DNA of 64,000 nt, taken from the NCBI RefSeq assembly GCF_009914755.1, contig NC_060926.1; one strand, written 5' to 3'. Source of the stretch: the human T2T-CHM13v2.0 reference genome, Homo sapiens. A program made the translations under genes and the position numbers. Below the pieces are notes generated by a model. That model searched no databases. It was not told the origin of the DNA and saw only the letters and a program-made list of their open reading frames with translations. Below, piece after piece: positions 40,883 through 55,805 of this stretch; the stretch's first letter is position 1, and every line of letters begins with the position of its first letter.

Positions 40883-41284
40883 TGATACAGTGTGAATATT
40901 TGTCCCCTCCAAATCTCATGTTGTAATTTGATCCCCAATATTGGAGGTGGAGCCTAGTGGGAAGAGTTTGGGTCATGGAGGCAGATGCCTCTTGAATGGC
41001 TAAGTGCCATTCAATCCTGTGGGATTGAGTGAGTTCTCACTCTTAGTTCCCATGAGATCTGGCTGTTAAAGAGTCTCCCCTCTTTCTTTCCTCCTCACCA
41101 TGAGATGCCAGCTCCTCTTCCCCTTCTGCCATGACTGGAAGCTTCCTGAAGCCCTCACCAGAAGCAGATGCTGGTGTTATGCTTCTTGTACAGCCTGCAG
41201 AACAGTGAGCCAGATAAACCTCTTTTCTTTATAAATTACCCAGCCTCAGGTATTCCTTTACAGCAACATAAATGAACTAAGATA
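40883..41284 (+). mobile_element. MSTB solo LTR inserted in an L2 remnant
   Basis: tttgtcccctccaaatctcatgttg...aactaagata; 5-bp TSD CCTGC. Confidence 0.9.
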
Positions 41285-41789
41285 CCTGCTTTAAAAAAAA
41301 TGGCTACCAATATTTTATAGAATAAAACCTAAACAACTCATCCAGCATTCAGGCTCAACCTACTTGGACTTCGGGCTTCTGTTCTAATGCCCCCCATACA
41401 GCCTGTTCCTGGAAAGCCATCCTGATAATGTGATCCCACTGTTCCCTGTGTTCTCCAGTCCCTAGGCCTGGACAATTGCTCTCTCCTCCCCCTGGAAAGT
41501 CTCCCCACCTCCCCACCACTAACTCTATCCACCCATCACAACTTCAACCAAGTATCCAGATTTCTCCCTAGTCAAAATTCCTCACATTCTCTTGTTTTTT
41601 TAATCACTTTGCTTTATAGCACATTAAACCATTTGCATTATATTTATAGTAATTATTCGTCTACTTACTTCACTGCCAAACCTAAGGGGAAAGAGACTTT
41701 GTTATCATGATCTTGTATGGCCATCTCACCCTTTGATGGTCCTGAAGGCGCACAGGAACAAAGAATCTAACTCCATTCCAATTAGTTTC

Positions 41790-41950
41790 ACATTTATTAT
41801 CTCATTTAACTCCCACAATGACCCTACAAAGTATTATTATCATTACTATCATATTATTCATTTTATAAAGGAGGAAACTGAGGCATGAAGAAATTCAACA
41901 TCTAGCCCAAGGGCCATGCAGCTGGTGTGATGAAGCTAGCCCACAGAGCC
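41790..41950 (-). mobile_element. MIR
   Basis: ctcatttaactcccacaatgaccct...cattttataaaggaggaaactgaggca. Confidence 0.8.
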
Positions 41951-43459
41951 CATGCTGCTGCCACATCATACTGCTGAGTGCAAGGCATAGCAGATGGCCT
42001 AGACTCCAAAAATAGGTCCTAAGATAAATTTCCATCCAAATATCGCATGCACGGTATGCACGGTTATAACTGTTCAATTGCTTAATGTCATACAGACCAA
42101 CTCTATAAGGTATCTGACAGTGGCTCTAACCTCTATTGCACCAGATTTTATTTGTGTTATTCACATTTCCTGGTTTTCTACTCATATTTAAAATAGGAAA
42201 CTAATGAGACATTAGTCTGACTTATCCCTGTAGAGAACTGGCTTTGCCTTGCTTCTTTCCAGAACCTCTTCCCCCTTCTTCTCCCAGCCTAAGTTGTCCA
42301 GTTCCATCAATACAGACTATCCTATACAGACAAAGATGCAGACGTAAGATTAAAAGGAGCAAAGTTCTCACATCAAAAGCCTTGCAGTACTCAGAAGATG
42401 GGTGCAAGGCCCATTTACCAAGTTCTAGGCCAGAGTCCTTCATCTCTCCAGGTCCATCCATCTGCTTAACTCAAACATTACATCAGATATTCTTCAAAAT
42501 GACTGAACAATGGCATATTTTTTTTCTTTTGTCACAACTTGCATTGAAATGATTGTGCTTTGGACCTACAGGTGAGTGTATACTCTCGGAAATCCAAAAA
42601 GCTGACCTTGTTTGTTTTGTGTGGGAAGCATTTCAATGAAATGAGAGAAACAAGCCCCATCAACTTCAAACACTAAGAAGAATACACAATGAATGGTGCT
42701 TCTTTTCTGCTGGAACATTCATTAATCAGAGTTGACAAGGATATGTGGGCTCACAAGGCGGGGTAAGCAAGGGTCCCTGCTGTTTTCTAATCTGTCAAAT
42801 CAAGTGCCTCGCCCTGCAGCCTGTTAAGGGGCAGTACTTAGTTGCTTTGAGTACTGACTCCCTTTCTAATGTTGTCATAGCAACATAAATGTTTGTTATT
42901 TTCAGGTCTCCAGGTGAAACATTTGAGGGAAAATCACCTTGTTGTCATTTCTGCAGAGACAAGAAAAAAGGAGCTTTTAGTCCTTAGAAGTACGAAGACA
43001 GTATCTTCTAGTTCGATAGCCCCTTCTACAATAAAGGACTTGGATGTGCAGTATCTTATGCAGCCTCACAACAAACCTGTGAGCAAGGGTGTGGCTTACA
43101 TCCATGTTACCATGTTTACAAGCAGTAAAACTGAGAAACAGAGAGGGACAACCATTAGAAAGGCAGTATAAGGAAAGATTGGAAAAAATGTAAACAGCCT
43201 CTCATTCTAAGCTAAGAGCATTAAACTTAACAATATTATTTTATCATTCCTAATGATATTGAAAAAATAATGGCTCATTTTACGATTACATGTATTTTTA
43301 CTATTACATGCATTATCTTACAGGATTGTTACGAGGATACCAATTGTTATATCCTTATAGCAATTGTGTGAGGTAAGAATTATACCATGCTCCATTTTAA
43401 AAGAGGAAACTAGAACATAGAGGAGTTAAGTTGCACAGCCAAGATCACAGAAGTGACAG

Positions 43460-44830
43460 GAGCCTAATCATGCAGGCCATGTCAAGGACTATAATGTGAA
43501 ATGTGGAGCTTCTGGAATTTTTTAAGATGCAACATCATCTTTAAAAACTGTCAGGCTGGCTGCTGTGTTGGAAATAAATTGTGGAGATGCAAGGGTAGAA
43601 GCCAGGAGACCATGGAGGCTAGAGCAGGAGTCCAAGCAAGACATGATGGTGGTGGCTTAGATCTAGATGGCAGCGAAGAGGTGATGAAAGTGGTCAGATT
43701 CTGGATAGATCTTCAAGCCAGCAATAGTTCCTGCCTGTTTAGACATGGGATGTGAAAGAAAGAAAGAATCAAGGACAACTTCAAGTTTTTTGGCTTAAGA
43801 AATGGAATAATGGATTGCTGTCAACTAAGATCAGTGAAGTTTGCAGCTGTTATAGCTTTGGCAGGAATCAGGGGGACAGGAATTCAGTTTTGGACAGTTT
43901 CAGTTTGAGAAGACAGTCATCCAAGTGGAGATGCCAAGTACACAGTTGGATATAGAAATCTGGAGTGTAAAAGAAAAGTCTGGACTGGACATCAAAATTT
44001 TGAAAGTGTTGGCATATAGAAGGCAGTTATAGCCATAGGACTGGATGAGATAACCAAGAAGGTGAGTATAAACAGCAAAGAGGAAAGGACCAAGGACTGT
44101 GCCCTGGGATATGGCAACATTAATAGATTAGTGAGAAGAGAAGGAACCCACAAAGGAGTCTAAGGAGGAGGCACCAGGAGAGTATGGCCTACAGGAAGCC
44201 AAGCAGGGACAGTGTATCAAAGAGTGGGGAATAAATGACTGTGTCAAATGCCTCTCACCATTCAAGTAAGATAAAGACTGATAACTATGAACTATAACAC
44301 TGTGGAGGTCATAGGTAACCTTGATAAGAGCCATTTCTGTGGAGCGATTTAAAAACAGAACTGATTAAGTAACTCAAGAGAAATCATGAGAAAATAAATA
44401 TTGGAGACAGTGAGCATAGATAGCTCTCTGGGGATTTTGTTGTAACCAGTGCAAAGAAATGGGGTGGCAGCTGGTAGAGAAAGTGAGAGAAAAATTCTCC
44501 ATTTTAAGGTGGGAAATTAATAATATGTTCATAACAATGATCCAGGAAAGAACAAAAATGTCAATGATGTAAGAGAGGAGAGAGTTGCTGTAGTCATGTC
44601 CTGAAAGAGGAAGAGGAGAATGCCACCTAGTGCACACGTGGCAGAGGATCTCACCTTAGCTAGAAAAGGTAGAGTGTGCAGGTGCTGATGCTGACAGGGG
44701 AGAAGCCTGTGGCAGCTTCTTCCAAACACTCTGATGCTCTCAATAAAGTAGAATTCAAGGGGACCAACTTACAGCAATGTTAAAGAAGGCGCTGGAGGTT
44801 TGAGGAGAGAGAGGGTCTGAGATCATTGTC
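43460..44830 (-). mobile_element. L2 LINE ORF2 remnant
   Basis: Antisense L2 motifs: aagtggtcagattctggata, gaattcagttttggaca, ggactggatgagataacc, ggaggtcataggtaaccttga. Confidence 0.85.
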
Positions 44831-45295
44831 ATTTTTGAGCAGGGAGGAAGAGGAGTATTTTACTGATATTTTAGTTTAAACAATAAGTACCTAAAATTCA
44901 AATGTAATATAATTACTTCTGGAAGTACTGGAAGTGTGGAAGGAGAGACAAGTATATATGATTTTGTTAAAAGGGGTAGCTATGCAATTATAAGATATCA
45001 TCTCATGTAGCAACATTTTTAGCAGATAGACTTCTGTATCTAAGAACATACTGAAATACCTCCAAGTAAGGAGCTTCCTAACCATTGCCTATCTATGGTA
45101 CAATAAAAGGATAGGACATCAGCCTTGACAGAGAACAACATTAAACCTCTTCTCCCCATGCTTTTAAGGCCAATTCCTGCCTTTTTTTTCTCTTGTGCCA
45201 CTAGGATAGAGGTAGCTGGAGTCAGGATAGAGATGAAAAAGAATTTTAAGGAAAACTGTCAGTGTAAAAAGCAATTAAAAAGTGAAGTCAGCTTA

Positions 45296-45613
45296 GGCCT
45301 GGTGTGATGGTTCATGCCTGTAATCCCAGCACTTTGGGAGGCCAAGGCAGGTGAATGAATTGCATGAGGCTAGGAGTTCAAGACTACCCTGGCCAACACA
45401 GCAAAACCCCGTCTCTACTAAAAATACAAAAATTAATTGGGTGTGGTGGAGCATGTCTGTAATCCCAGCTATTCAGGAGGCTGAGGCACAAGAATTGGTT
45501 GAACCCAGGAGGCAGTGGTTGTAGTGAGCTGAGATCACACCACCACACTCCAGCCTGGATGACAGCGTGAGATTCTGTCTCAAAAAAAAACAAAAACAAA
45601 AAAACAAAAAAAA
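45296..45613 (+). mobile_element. Alu (AluS/J-type)
   Basis: Full Alu dimer with an A/C-patterned tail; TSD-like agtcagctta/agttagctta. Confidence 0.95.
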
Positions 45614-46241
45614 AGGTAGGGTGGGAGGGAGTTAGCTTAAAAGTCTGGTGTCAGAAAACACTTCGTCAGGATCTAGGGCTACTGAAAAGCAATATGGCTA
45701 ACACTTCAAAAAACTGAGCACAGTTTGCTATAGTAAGGACATGAACAGCAGAAGACATTGTCTGGAATGGAAGGAGTTGCCCCACCATCTGTAACAGAGT
45801 GGTAGATCACTATACAGAGTACCCTATTGACCAGGGCTTGCCTCTACTTTACCGTGGCCTAAAACTTGACCTTTTCACCACTAACTAACCTGTCCATTTC
45901 CTCAGTGGGTTCTAAACCACAAACCAGGGAATTCTCACAGCCTTTTACACGTAGGGGCTCAGGCAGTCTAATAGGCACCATCAAGACACTGAAATGTTGA
46001 CTTCTTCAGTTCTCTTTCCAGAGGTCATCAACATTCTTGACAAGCAGGCATTGGGGTGTTACATACTCAGGAGCAGCAACATCAAATAGGCCAGGAGCAG
46101 CTGTCTGTAACACCCCAGTGTTACAGGGGTCTTTCCAGGAAGAGCCTCTTTTACTCCTAAGGAGTATGAATAGTGATGTGGAAATTAGTATAGTTGCATT
46201 AGTTATCTATTTTTGTGCAGTAAATTGCCCCAAAACATATC

Positions 46242-46853
<612 letters not shown>

Positions 46854-46934
46854 CCAAAACTTAACATCTTAAACACACATTTTTTTCTATGTCACATTAT
46901 CTGAGGGTCAGGAATCAGGGTGCTACTTAGATGG

Positions 46935-47238
46935 TTTTGTTTTGTTTTGTTTTGTTTTTGAGATGGAGTCTCACTCTGTTGCCCAGGCTAGAGTGCCAGG
47001 GCTTGATCTCAGCTCACTGCAACCTCTGCCACCCAGGTTGAAGGGATTCTCCTGCCTCAGCCTCCCGAGTAGCTGGGATTATAGCCTCCTGCCATTGTGC
47101 CCAGCTAACTGTTGCATTTTTAGTAGAGATGGGGTTTCACCACCTTGGCCAGGCTAGTCTTGAACTCCTGACCTCGTGATCCACCTGCCTTGGCCTCCCA
47201 AAGTGCTGGGATTACAGGTGTGCGCCACCACACCCAGC
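46935..47238 (-). mobile_element. AluS with (GTTTT)n tail
   Basis: Antisense Alu; TSD TAGATGG. Confidence 0.93.
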
Positions 47239-48929
47239 TAGATGGGTTCTCTTAAAGTCACAACACTCCGGTCAAGATCAACTAGGGATGTAATCATGGA
47301 AAGGCTCAACTGGGCAGGATTCTCTTCTAAGCTCCTGTGGTTGCAGCACTCAGATCTTTGAGGATTGTTGGCCTCAGTTCCTGAGTCCTTCACTGACTGT
47401 TGACTGGAGGCTTCCCTCAGTTCCTTCCCATGTGGACCTCCATAGGGCAGCTCACAGCATGGCAGCTGATACTATCAGAGAAAGCAAGTGAGAGGGAAAG
47501 AGCAAGCAAGACAGAAGTCATAGTCTTTTTTGCAACTTTATCTTGGAAGTGATATCCCCTTCACCCCATTCTATTTGTTGAATCAAATGACTAGGTCTAG
47601 CCCACATTCAAGGCTGGTGTGAGGTGAAGTGTGGATTGCAATGGATGTGAATATTAGTGGGTGCGGATCGTTGGGGGCCACTTTAGAGGCTGCCTTACCA
47701 TCACAGTGAACTTAAAAACTAACCAAACATGGCTCCTGGAAGTCTTTCCTTCAGATCATTTGCCCTCATTCCCAGCTGTGAACAAAATAAAGCTCTGACA
47801 TGAAAAGAGGCTGGCTGTTGTCTTCTAAAAGGTTGCTTTGCTGAGGAGTAGTTTAGCCCGTGGGGCAGGGGGCTGTTTTTGTTTCCTAAGCACATGAGGC
47901 TCTAGCTGTAGCCCTTGAGCCTGCTTTTGGCTCCAGGCTTTGCCTCCTCACACTACTTAAGCTCGCAGCTTTCCTCAGCTCACATGGTCCCTGGGGATGC
48001 ATCCTTTTTTGGGTTGTTCACACATTGTCAGCCGCCATCATACTTCCCTCTCTGAGGGCCTTTCTCACTGCCAGCGACAGGATGCATTTTGTCTCCTGTC
48101 AAGAGATTTCCCCAGGAAGGTGAGCAAATGACTCATACTTCTCTCGCCTAAATTCTAGCCCATTCTGCTTCCACCAAGAGGGAAATGGATGGTAGAATTC
48201 AGCAGGCGAGAGATACTTCGGAATGTTTCAGACTTCAGTTTAAATACAAATTTCCAAACTTAAGTGTAGAGGACTGAAAGGTCAAATGATGAAGCATTCT
48301 TCCAAGAAAGGAACCATGAGGAATTACACCACACCAGGAATAATCACCTCCCTGGGTATTGTTCACACTGCACCCCTCCGGAGAGCTGGGAACCTGGGGA
48401 TGAAGCCAACCAGCCACTTTCCTTCCCGGTGCCTTCTACAGCTGAGGAAGCTGGTGATACAGGGTAGAGATTGGCTCCTGCAGTTCAGCACCTCACAAAC
48501 CTCAACTTGAATCCCAGCTCATTTTATTCACTGGGCAACCCTGGGCACATGTCTGAGCCTTCTGTGCTTACTCTGTGGCCTCAGAGAAAGAATTAAATGA
48601 TGCAATTATTGACATAGATCAGGGGCCAAGGAGCTACCCTGCCCTCTGGGAGATTTCTGTCCTCCCAGGGTCCTCACTGTCTCTAAATGCTACGACTGTC
48701 CTAACCCTCTCAGCTGTATTTCCCATTTTTCCTCATTGCTTCCTATTAAAACTCATTTTTGAAAGATACCCTACCAGAAAACCCCTCCTCCGAGAGGCTC
48801 TCTGGTAAAAGAAAGCTAGTGAGGTCATTCGTCCTGTGGCATTCAAGGCTACAGTTACCCATCAAGGGGGGCTTTATGGTCAAATAGGGACACTAGAAAC
48901 ACCTTGAAGTCCCCCTTCCAGATCTAATC

Positions 48930-50290
48930 CCAGCCTTTAATCATTTAATTTTGCCAATTCCAGCTCCAGTTAAATTCAATCCTTTTTATCCTCTCCTGTT
49001 CCCAAGCTGTTGAAAATTATAAAAGTTTACTGACCAGTTCCCATTATAAATCTATGCCATTCAACATCATTGCTCACTAATCCTTTTCTTCATCCTTATT
49101 AACTATCTATCCCACACCATATGGCAGCAATTTCAATCTATTTTACTCTTCTCTGATCCCCAAATAACCTATCCACTTCTTTCTGAGCCTCCTCCTTCAC
49201 TGAAAAACTTAATGTTCTCTTCTTCACCTCCTGTTTCCTTCATCTCAAAGTAACTTCATTGCTTCATCTGGTTCCCTGGACTCCCTCAGTCTGTAAAAAG
49301 GAAGGACCCCAACCCTTTTCCCATATTAACAGTAAACTTTTGATCCCATGTTGTGTGCCTCCTCCTAGATTTTATCACCTTAACCATCTCCTCTCCTTCT
49401 CCTGCAGGTTGAACACCTCCCTTTACGCTTTAGGGTAAGACGCCCTTTCCATTCATCCTCACCCTTGTCCCCACATCAGCAACTCTGCTTCCATCCACCA
49501 AGCTCATACGCAAATCACACTCGCCACCCACAGTTCTACGTCACTCAGGCACCTCTTAACTCCCTAGAATCAGACTTCCATCTCCAATATTTTACTAAAA
49601 ATTCTTTCTCAAATGTCTCTAAGTGCTAAATCCTATGGCCTCATCTCAGTCCTTTTCCAATCTGACCTTTCTGCAACATTTAATGTAGCTATCCTCTCCT
49701 TAAACTTTTTCTGTGTCCTCTGCTCCTGCTTTTTCTACAGTTCCTTTTCAATCGTCATTGCCTGTGCATCTTTTTCCTGTTAGCTCTTAAATATAAAGAT
49801 TTCAGATGTGGGCTACAAGTCTCTTTTCTTTTTATGCACATCCTTCTGTGTGCAATCATACCAACTTCCTTGGGTCTATTACCGGGTCAACACCAAAGAC
49901 CCAAACCTGCCTCGCTGATGCTAAGCTCACTGTGAATCTCAGTGCCTTCTGAGATTTCCAATTTCATGCCGAACATTAACCAAAAAATGTCCTGCTGTCA
50001 CTACCAGCTCACCTATTCTAGAACTGTTTAAGAACAGAATCAATCACCTTCCCCACCAGACCACAAAAAATCTCCTTCACCTGTGTTTCCTCTTCCCACT
50101 ATTCCTTTAATTATTTTCTCTTCTTTCCCTGTGTATGCACTTAGGATTCTCCTTAGTTTACCTGCGTAGAACTCCAATCCCCCACATGACTGAATGCCGT
50201 GAAATCACTAAGTCTGTTGATTCTTTTGCATTTCCATTGGTACCATCTTTATCATTTTTCACTGGGATTTTTCTGCTAGTGATTCATCTT
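48930..50290 (+). mobile_element. Highly diverged L2 remnant
   Basis: Pyrimidine-rich; tgctaaatcctatggcctcatctcagtcctt...tgacctttctgcaacattt resembles L2 RT sequence. Confidence 0.65.
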
Positions 50291-50892
50291 AAATCTCTCA
50301 CCTCCCCCAAATGATGTGTATTACATAGCAGTAACAGAGTCAAAGTGATGGCCACGAGGAGTGAGACCAAATCACTGGACATGCACAGAGAGTAGATATT
50401 CAGGGTGACTGCCACAGAGCACAGAGACATGTCCCCCAGGGTCTGGTTCCAAAGGGATCACAAGTCCCAAACACATCTACTTTTCAATTATTGGGGATGT
50501 GAGAATAAAGGTTATACTTCAAGGACACTAAATAATGCCTTATCCAAAGGAAGGAGGGTTTCATGCCTTTAAGAAGAGTCATGATGAAAGAAGAGATCCC
50601 TCCAAAACAGGGATGAGAGGTCTCATCAATGAGCACAATTGTCTTTTTTAATTTTCCAGAGCCATGACTGTGGCAGTAGACACAGCATTTCAGGGACCCT
50701 TTTCAGTTGAAAATCAGAGCGTCCCTTGCTGTTCCCCATCTGGTCAAGAAAGAAGATCCCTGTCTTAGTCTTATTACGGTGGAACCAGCCTACCAAGGGA
50801 CACTGATGCAGGATAGAATGAAGAGACACCTTCTCCAGTCACCTTCAGCTGATTCAAAGGTTCTTGTGGTTTATCAAAACAGCATGCGATAT

Positions 50893-51117
50893 TCCCATTC
50901 ATAGGTGGGAATTGAACAATGAGAACACTTGGACACAGGGTGAGGAACATCACACACTGGGGTGGGGGGAGGGGAGGGATAGCCTTAGGAGATATACCTA
51001 ATGTAAACGACGAGTTAACGGGTGCAGCACACCAACATGGCACATATATACATATGTAACAAACCTGCATGTTGTGCACATGTACCCTAGAACTTAAAGT
51101 ATAATTTTAAAAAAAAT
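50893..51117 (+). mobile_element. Short L1PA (PA4/5-like) 3' end
   Basis: cataggtgggaattgaacaatgagaacacttgg...taccctagaacttaaagtataa plus A tail. Confidence 0.95.
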
Positions 51118-52436
51118 CATGTGAGATAGGAACATGGTTCTAAGCTAAGCGTGTTTCTCTACTGGCAATGAACTGGTGAAGCAGATGGGAAAGGGCAGAA
51201 TCCATCAAACGGCCATCAGCCAAGCAAGGCCAGCTTTGCTAACCAAATGATTCAGACACATTTGTCATTCCCCGCCTTCCATGTGCAGGTGCTGCATCTT
51301 AAAAACTTAGGGCTCCCATTTCAGCCATCCCATGTAGAAATATGCAGCCTATTTCCACTTCCCATCATGTTGCATATATCATTTCTCTTTCTAGTTTCAT
51401 TGTAATTCATAGGGATTGCAGGCAACAATGAGTCAGCAATGATTAACTGGAGGAGATACCTCTAAGTCACAGATCAATTCACTTACTTCTTTAGCAATCT
51501 GAAGAAGGCATCTCATTTCTTTGTGGTTATTTTAGTAACATTGAACCTCAGTAATAAATGAGACTTCAGAGCTCATCTTTCTGTCTGAGGTTGAGTTTAA
51601 ATCTTAGCAGATGGGGTAGGGAACGGGGGCAGAGAGGAAATTTTGCAAGGGGCCTCTCCTACCAGGCCACACATCCAGATAGCCTCACCCTGCACCATAA
51701 AGACTCATCTCATTTTATGACCACCAAAGGCTCTGCAGAAACTTCCCAAGTGTTAGGCAAAGATGTAGGTTCAAGGTGATTATTTCATGACTTACAGAAT
51801 AAATACTTGGGAAAGAGTACTCAACCCTGAAGTCGACACTCACCAAATTACCTTTTCCAGCTAAGGTAGAGAACAATCTGATTTTTTTAGTGCTAACTAT
51901 AGACTATTCTCCTAAGAAATTTTTCGGTCCTCTCCACCAGTCTGAGAGCAGGCGCTAGAAAATCGGACTGATTTACTTGATTTTCTTTCCCTGATACAAC
52001 AGTGCAGTTAGCAAGAAAATGGTCAAAAAGGCAAGCAAACAGATCAGCTGAAAGAAATTAAATTAGGAAAGAGGCACAGTGAGCCCATGGACTCTTTTTC
52101 CCAGGCCTCCAGAACGTCACCACACCTTGATTTGACTCCATTAACAAACTTATCTAGAGAGAGCTGGATTGCTTGCTAGGTATTTTAGTATGTATTAAGT
52201 ATAAATTCAAAAATAAAAATGCAATCCATTTTTGTGCTAGTTCCAAGAGGTGGATATAACCATCACACACAGTACTTCCTAGGATGTATTAGTTATTTAC
52301 ATCACTAAATAAAGCGCAAGACAGTAAAATGCGTATCCAATTTTCTGGCTATGGAGGACCTTTGGTCCATTATTTAACTTCTCAGTTTACCCATCTGTAA
52401 AATGGGTATAACAATACTTCCTACTATTCTATATAG

Positions 52437-52655
52437 CAGGGTTTCACAACCTCAGCATTATCAACTTTTGGGGCCAGATAATCCTTTGTCGTGGAGGGCT
52501 GCCCTGTGCATCTTAGGATGTTTAACAACATCCCTAGCCTCCACCCAGTAAATTCCTGTAGTATTCCCCCACCTCACTTATGACAATTTAAAAAGTCTCC
52601 GGATATTGCTAGATGCCCCCTGGGGGCAGAAATCATCCATAGTTTAAAATCACTG
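52437..52655 (-). mobile_element. MER20 DNA transposon inserted in a MIR (about 52360-52720)
   Basis: gggccagataatcctttgtcgtggagggctgccctgtgcat...gccccctgggggca; MIR core ctcagtttacccatctgtaaaatggg on the left. Confidence 0.9.
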
Positions 52656-53129
52656 CTGTAGAGGAATAAATGAACCGATATATATTTAACTCTTAGACCT
52701 ATTCCAGGCACACAGCAAATGCTCATGACTTGACCCAAAGGATAACAAGTCTGGAGAATAGAGAGACAATTTGTTCTTTAACAAAGAAGAACTTCACTTT
52801 CCTTGTAGAGCTCCTAATAAAGTTAAAAATCATTCTCTGATACATTTCTCAATCATTCTCCATCCTTCAAAGACCTTGGTGAAAGGATCCAGGTGGTACT
52901 GACTACCTGACAAACTTACAAGCACTTGCGTTATCCCCCTCTTCTCTATTGAATGATACAAGCAATTTGTTGAAAATTGTGTTTATTATCCCCGTTGATA
53001 CTTGAACACCTGCCCAGCCGAAGACATTGTATACTATAGAGAATATTTTTATTGGATTTAACCAACAATAAAAATAACCCTTCTGGTCTCACTCTTTTTA
53101 TCTTCGTTTAAAAACCATTTTGTTATCAC

Positions 53130-53960
53130 ATCAAAAATGCGGTTTCTCTACTACACTAAGGGAACTGTTATCGCAACTCACTGCCTCTTTGATGCCCAGC
53201 ACTATCCCAGTGATAAATAATGAGCACAGCCATTCCATTAATGGACAGCTCTCAACGAGAAAGTTTGTCCTTACCCCAAGCCTAACTCTCTCTCCTTGTA
53301 ATCTCTCTGCACACTGTTCAGTCAAGTACTAATTATGCAGCTGCTGTGTGCAAGGGCCCATGGCCTTGGTCCACACAGGGGTTCTATTCCCTTTCATGAC
53401 AAAAATCCAGACACATGATGATAATGATGACTTCTTATTTTGGGCCTCTCTTCCCTAGCTAAACGTACCGAGTTCCGTTCACTATTTCTCATAAATTGTG
53501 GTATCCTGGCCCCTAACCATTGTGGTCTCCTTCTTTTAGATAAATTTGAATTTGTCAATGGACTCTCTAAATGAGGTATCTGCATTGCACGCCACACTCC
53601 AGCTGTTATCTAACCCAGGAAAGAACCCAGCAGGGTTATTACATCTCTGAGCTACAACCATTAGACCTGCAATGCAGCCCAAGATGGGCTATCTCTTTAG
53701 CAGGCAAAGCCTCTCAGACTCTTAAGCTTTAAGACAAAGTAAGAGCTCAGATTTTTATCATGCAAATTCCCTCCCAGCAAGTTAACCCCCACTCTGTGTA
53801 CTCACAGGCCATATTTTGAACCAAAGATAATCATCTATTTATCCCTACTGTATTTAATCTTGGAGTCTTGAGCAGAGGCCAGAATGTCAAGATAGCTTTG
53901 CATGTTGGTTCTATAAATCATGGCATCAGCTACTTCTTCCTCCCCCAGTTTTTCCCAGCA
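53130..53960 (-). mobile_element. L3/CR1 remnant
   Basis: cagccattccatt..ggacagctct, aatgcagcccaagat and cactccagctg resemble antisense L3. Confidence 0.55.
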
Positions 53961-54014
53961 GCTTTAGGCCCTCGTAAATTTTAACTTGAATAAATTGTTA
54001 TATGTGTTTCTAAA

Positions 54015-54556
<542 letters not shown>

Positions 54557-54893
54557 AAAGCCTTGAAATATATGTAATAGACTTAAGCCAAAATCAGGGT
54601 GCTATGGACCTCCAGTTTATTTAAAATGACAAACCAGCACATTTAGGAACAGTGGCTCACACAGCTTTGAATTCATTTAAAAACAAGGCCGTTCCCAGGG
54701 CCTGTGCAGAACTCAAAATATACTCTCTGCTATTGGCATTACTTCATCCTAATAATCCCATCCAAGTAAAAATAGGATTAATGAATTAACTGTGCATTAA
54801 TTCAAAATTTGTTCTCTTATGATAGAAGTAGATGAGGTGAGGGAATGGGAAACAGAACATGTAAATCTTGAAGAAAACAACAGGAGTCTGAAG

Positions 54894-54947
54894 AGAAAAC
54901 TGATTCTCAGAAGCCCCTGGAGAAAACTGATTCTCAGAAGCCCCTGG
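54894..54947. repeat. Perfect 27-bp tandem duplication
   Basis: AGAAAACTGATTCTCAGAAGCCCCTGG twice, no mismatch. Confidence 0.97.
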
Positions 54948-55378
54948 AAACCAAGAACCAAGAGGGGTTTTTGTAGAGATATATGGATTTGTTTTTTTGA
55001 GGATTAATGTTTCCTCTCACGCTGGCCTTTGTTGGGGTTAACATTGCTCCTGAGGCAGGCAACTTGGAAAATTACCACAGCTGCTGCTTAAAACCTGCCA
55101 GATGGGCTTCCTCATTGTTTCCCCCATAGACAGGTGATTACTAACTAAACCCAACACTGTAATGGAATCCAATGTTCTCATAGGGTAGTAAATTCTCATA
55201 GCCTTAAATCCAGGCAACCCAAAGCCATTTTTCCCCCTTTAAACTCCATGCCCTTTGCTTATTTCCAACTAACAGTTCCCACAGCAGGTTCTAGAGCCTA
55301 AATACCGCAGGCTAGATTGTGCAATGTCAGGCTGACGGCTCAGGGGAAAAAATAATATTTGCATTTGAAAACACACAC

Positions 55379-55805
55379 TGATACAGCATGGATGCCTGTC
55401 CCCTCCAAATCTCATGTTGAAATATGATCCCCAATGATGGAGACGGGCATTTAGGTCATGAGGTTTAGGCATTTAGGCTTAGGTCATGAGGGCAGATCCC
55501 TCATGAATGGCTTGGTGCCCTCCCCACAGTAATAAGTGAGTTCTCACTCTATGAGTTCATGTGAGATCTAATTGTTAAAAAGAGCTTGGCACCTCTTCCT
55601 CTATCTCTTGCTCCCTCTCTTGCCATGTCACACTCCAGCTCTCCTTCCCCTCCACCATGACTAAAAGCTTCCTGAGGCCTCACCAGAACCCAAGCAGATG
55701 CTGGTGTCATGCTTGTACAGTCTGAAGAACCATGAGCCAAATAAACCTGTTTTCTTTATAAACTACCCAGTCTCAGGTATTCCTTCATAACAATGCAAAA
55801 CAGAA
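55379..55805 (+). mobile_element. MSTB-like solo LTR
   Basis: gtcccctccaaatctcatgttgaaat...tacccagtctcaggtattcc. Confidence 0.9.

Noticed and set aside
44620-44636. Weaker CTCF-like motif GCACTAGGTGGCA (minus strand) in L2
   Set aside because: Mismatch at the conserved 5' CC; not supportable from sequence alone
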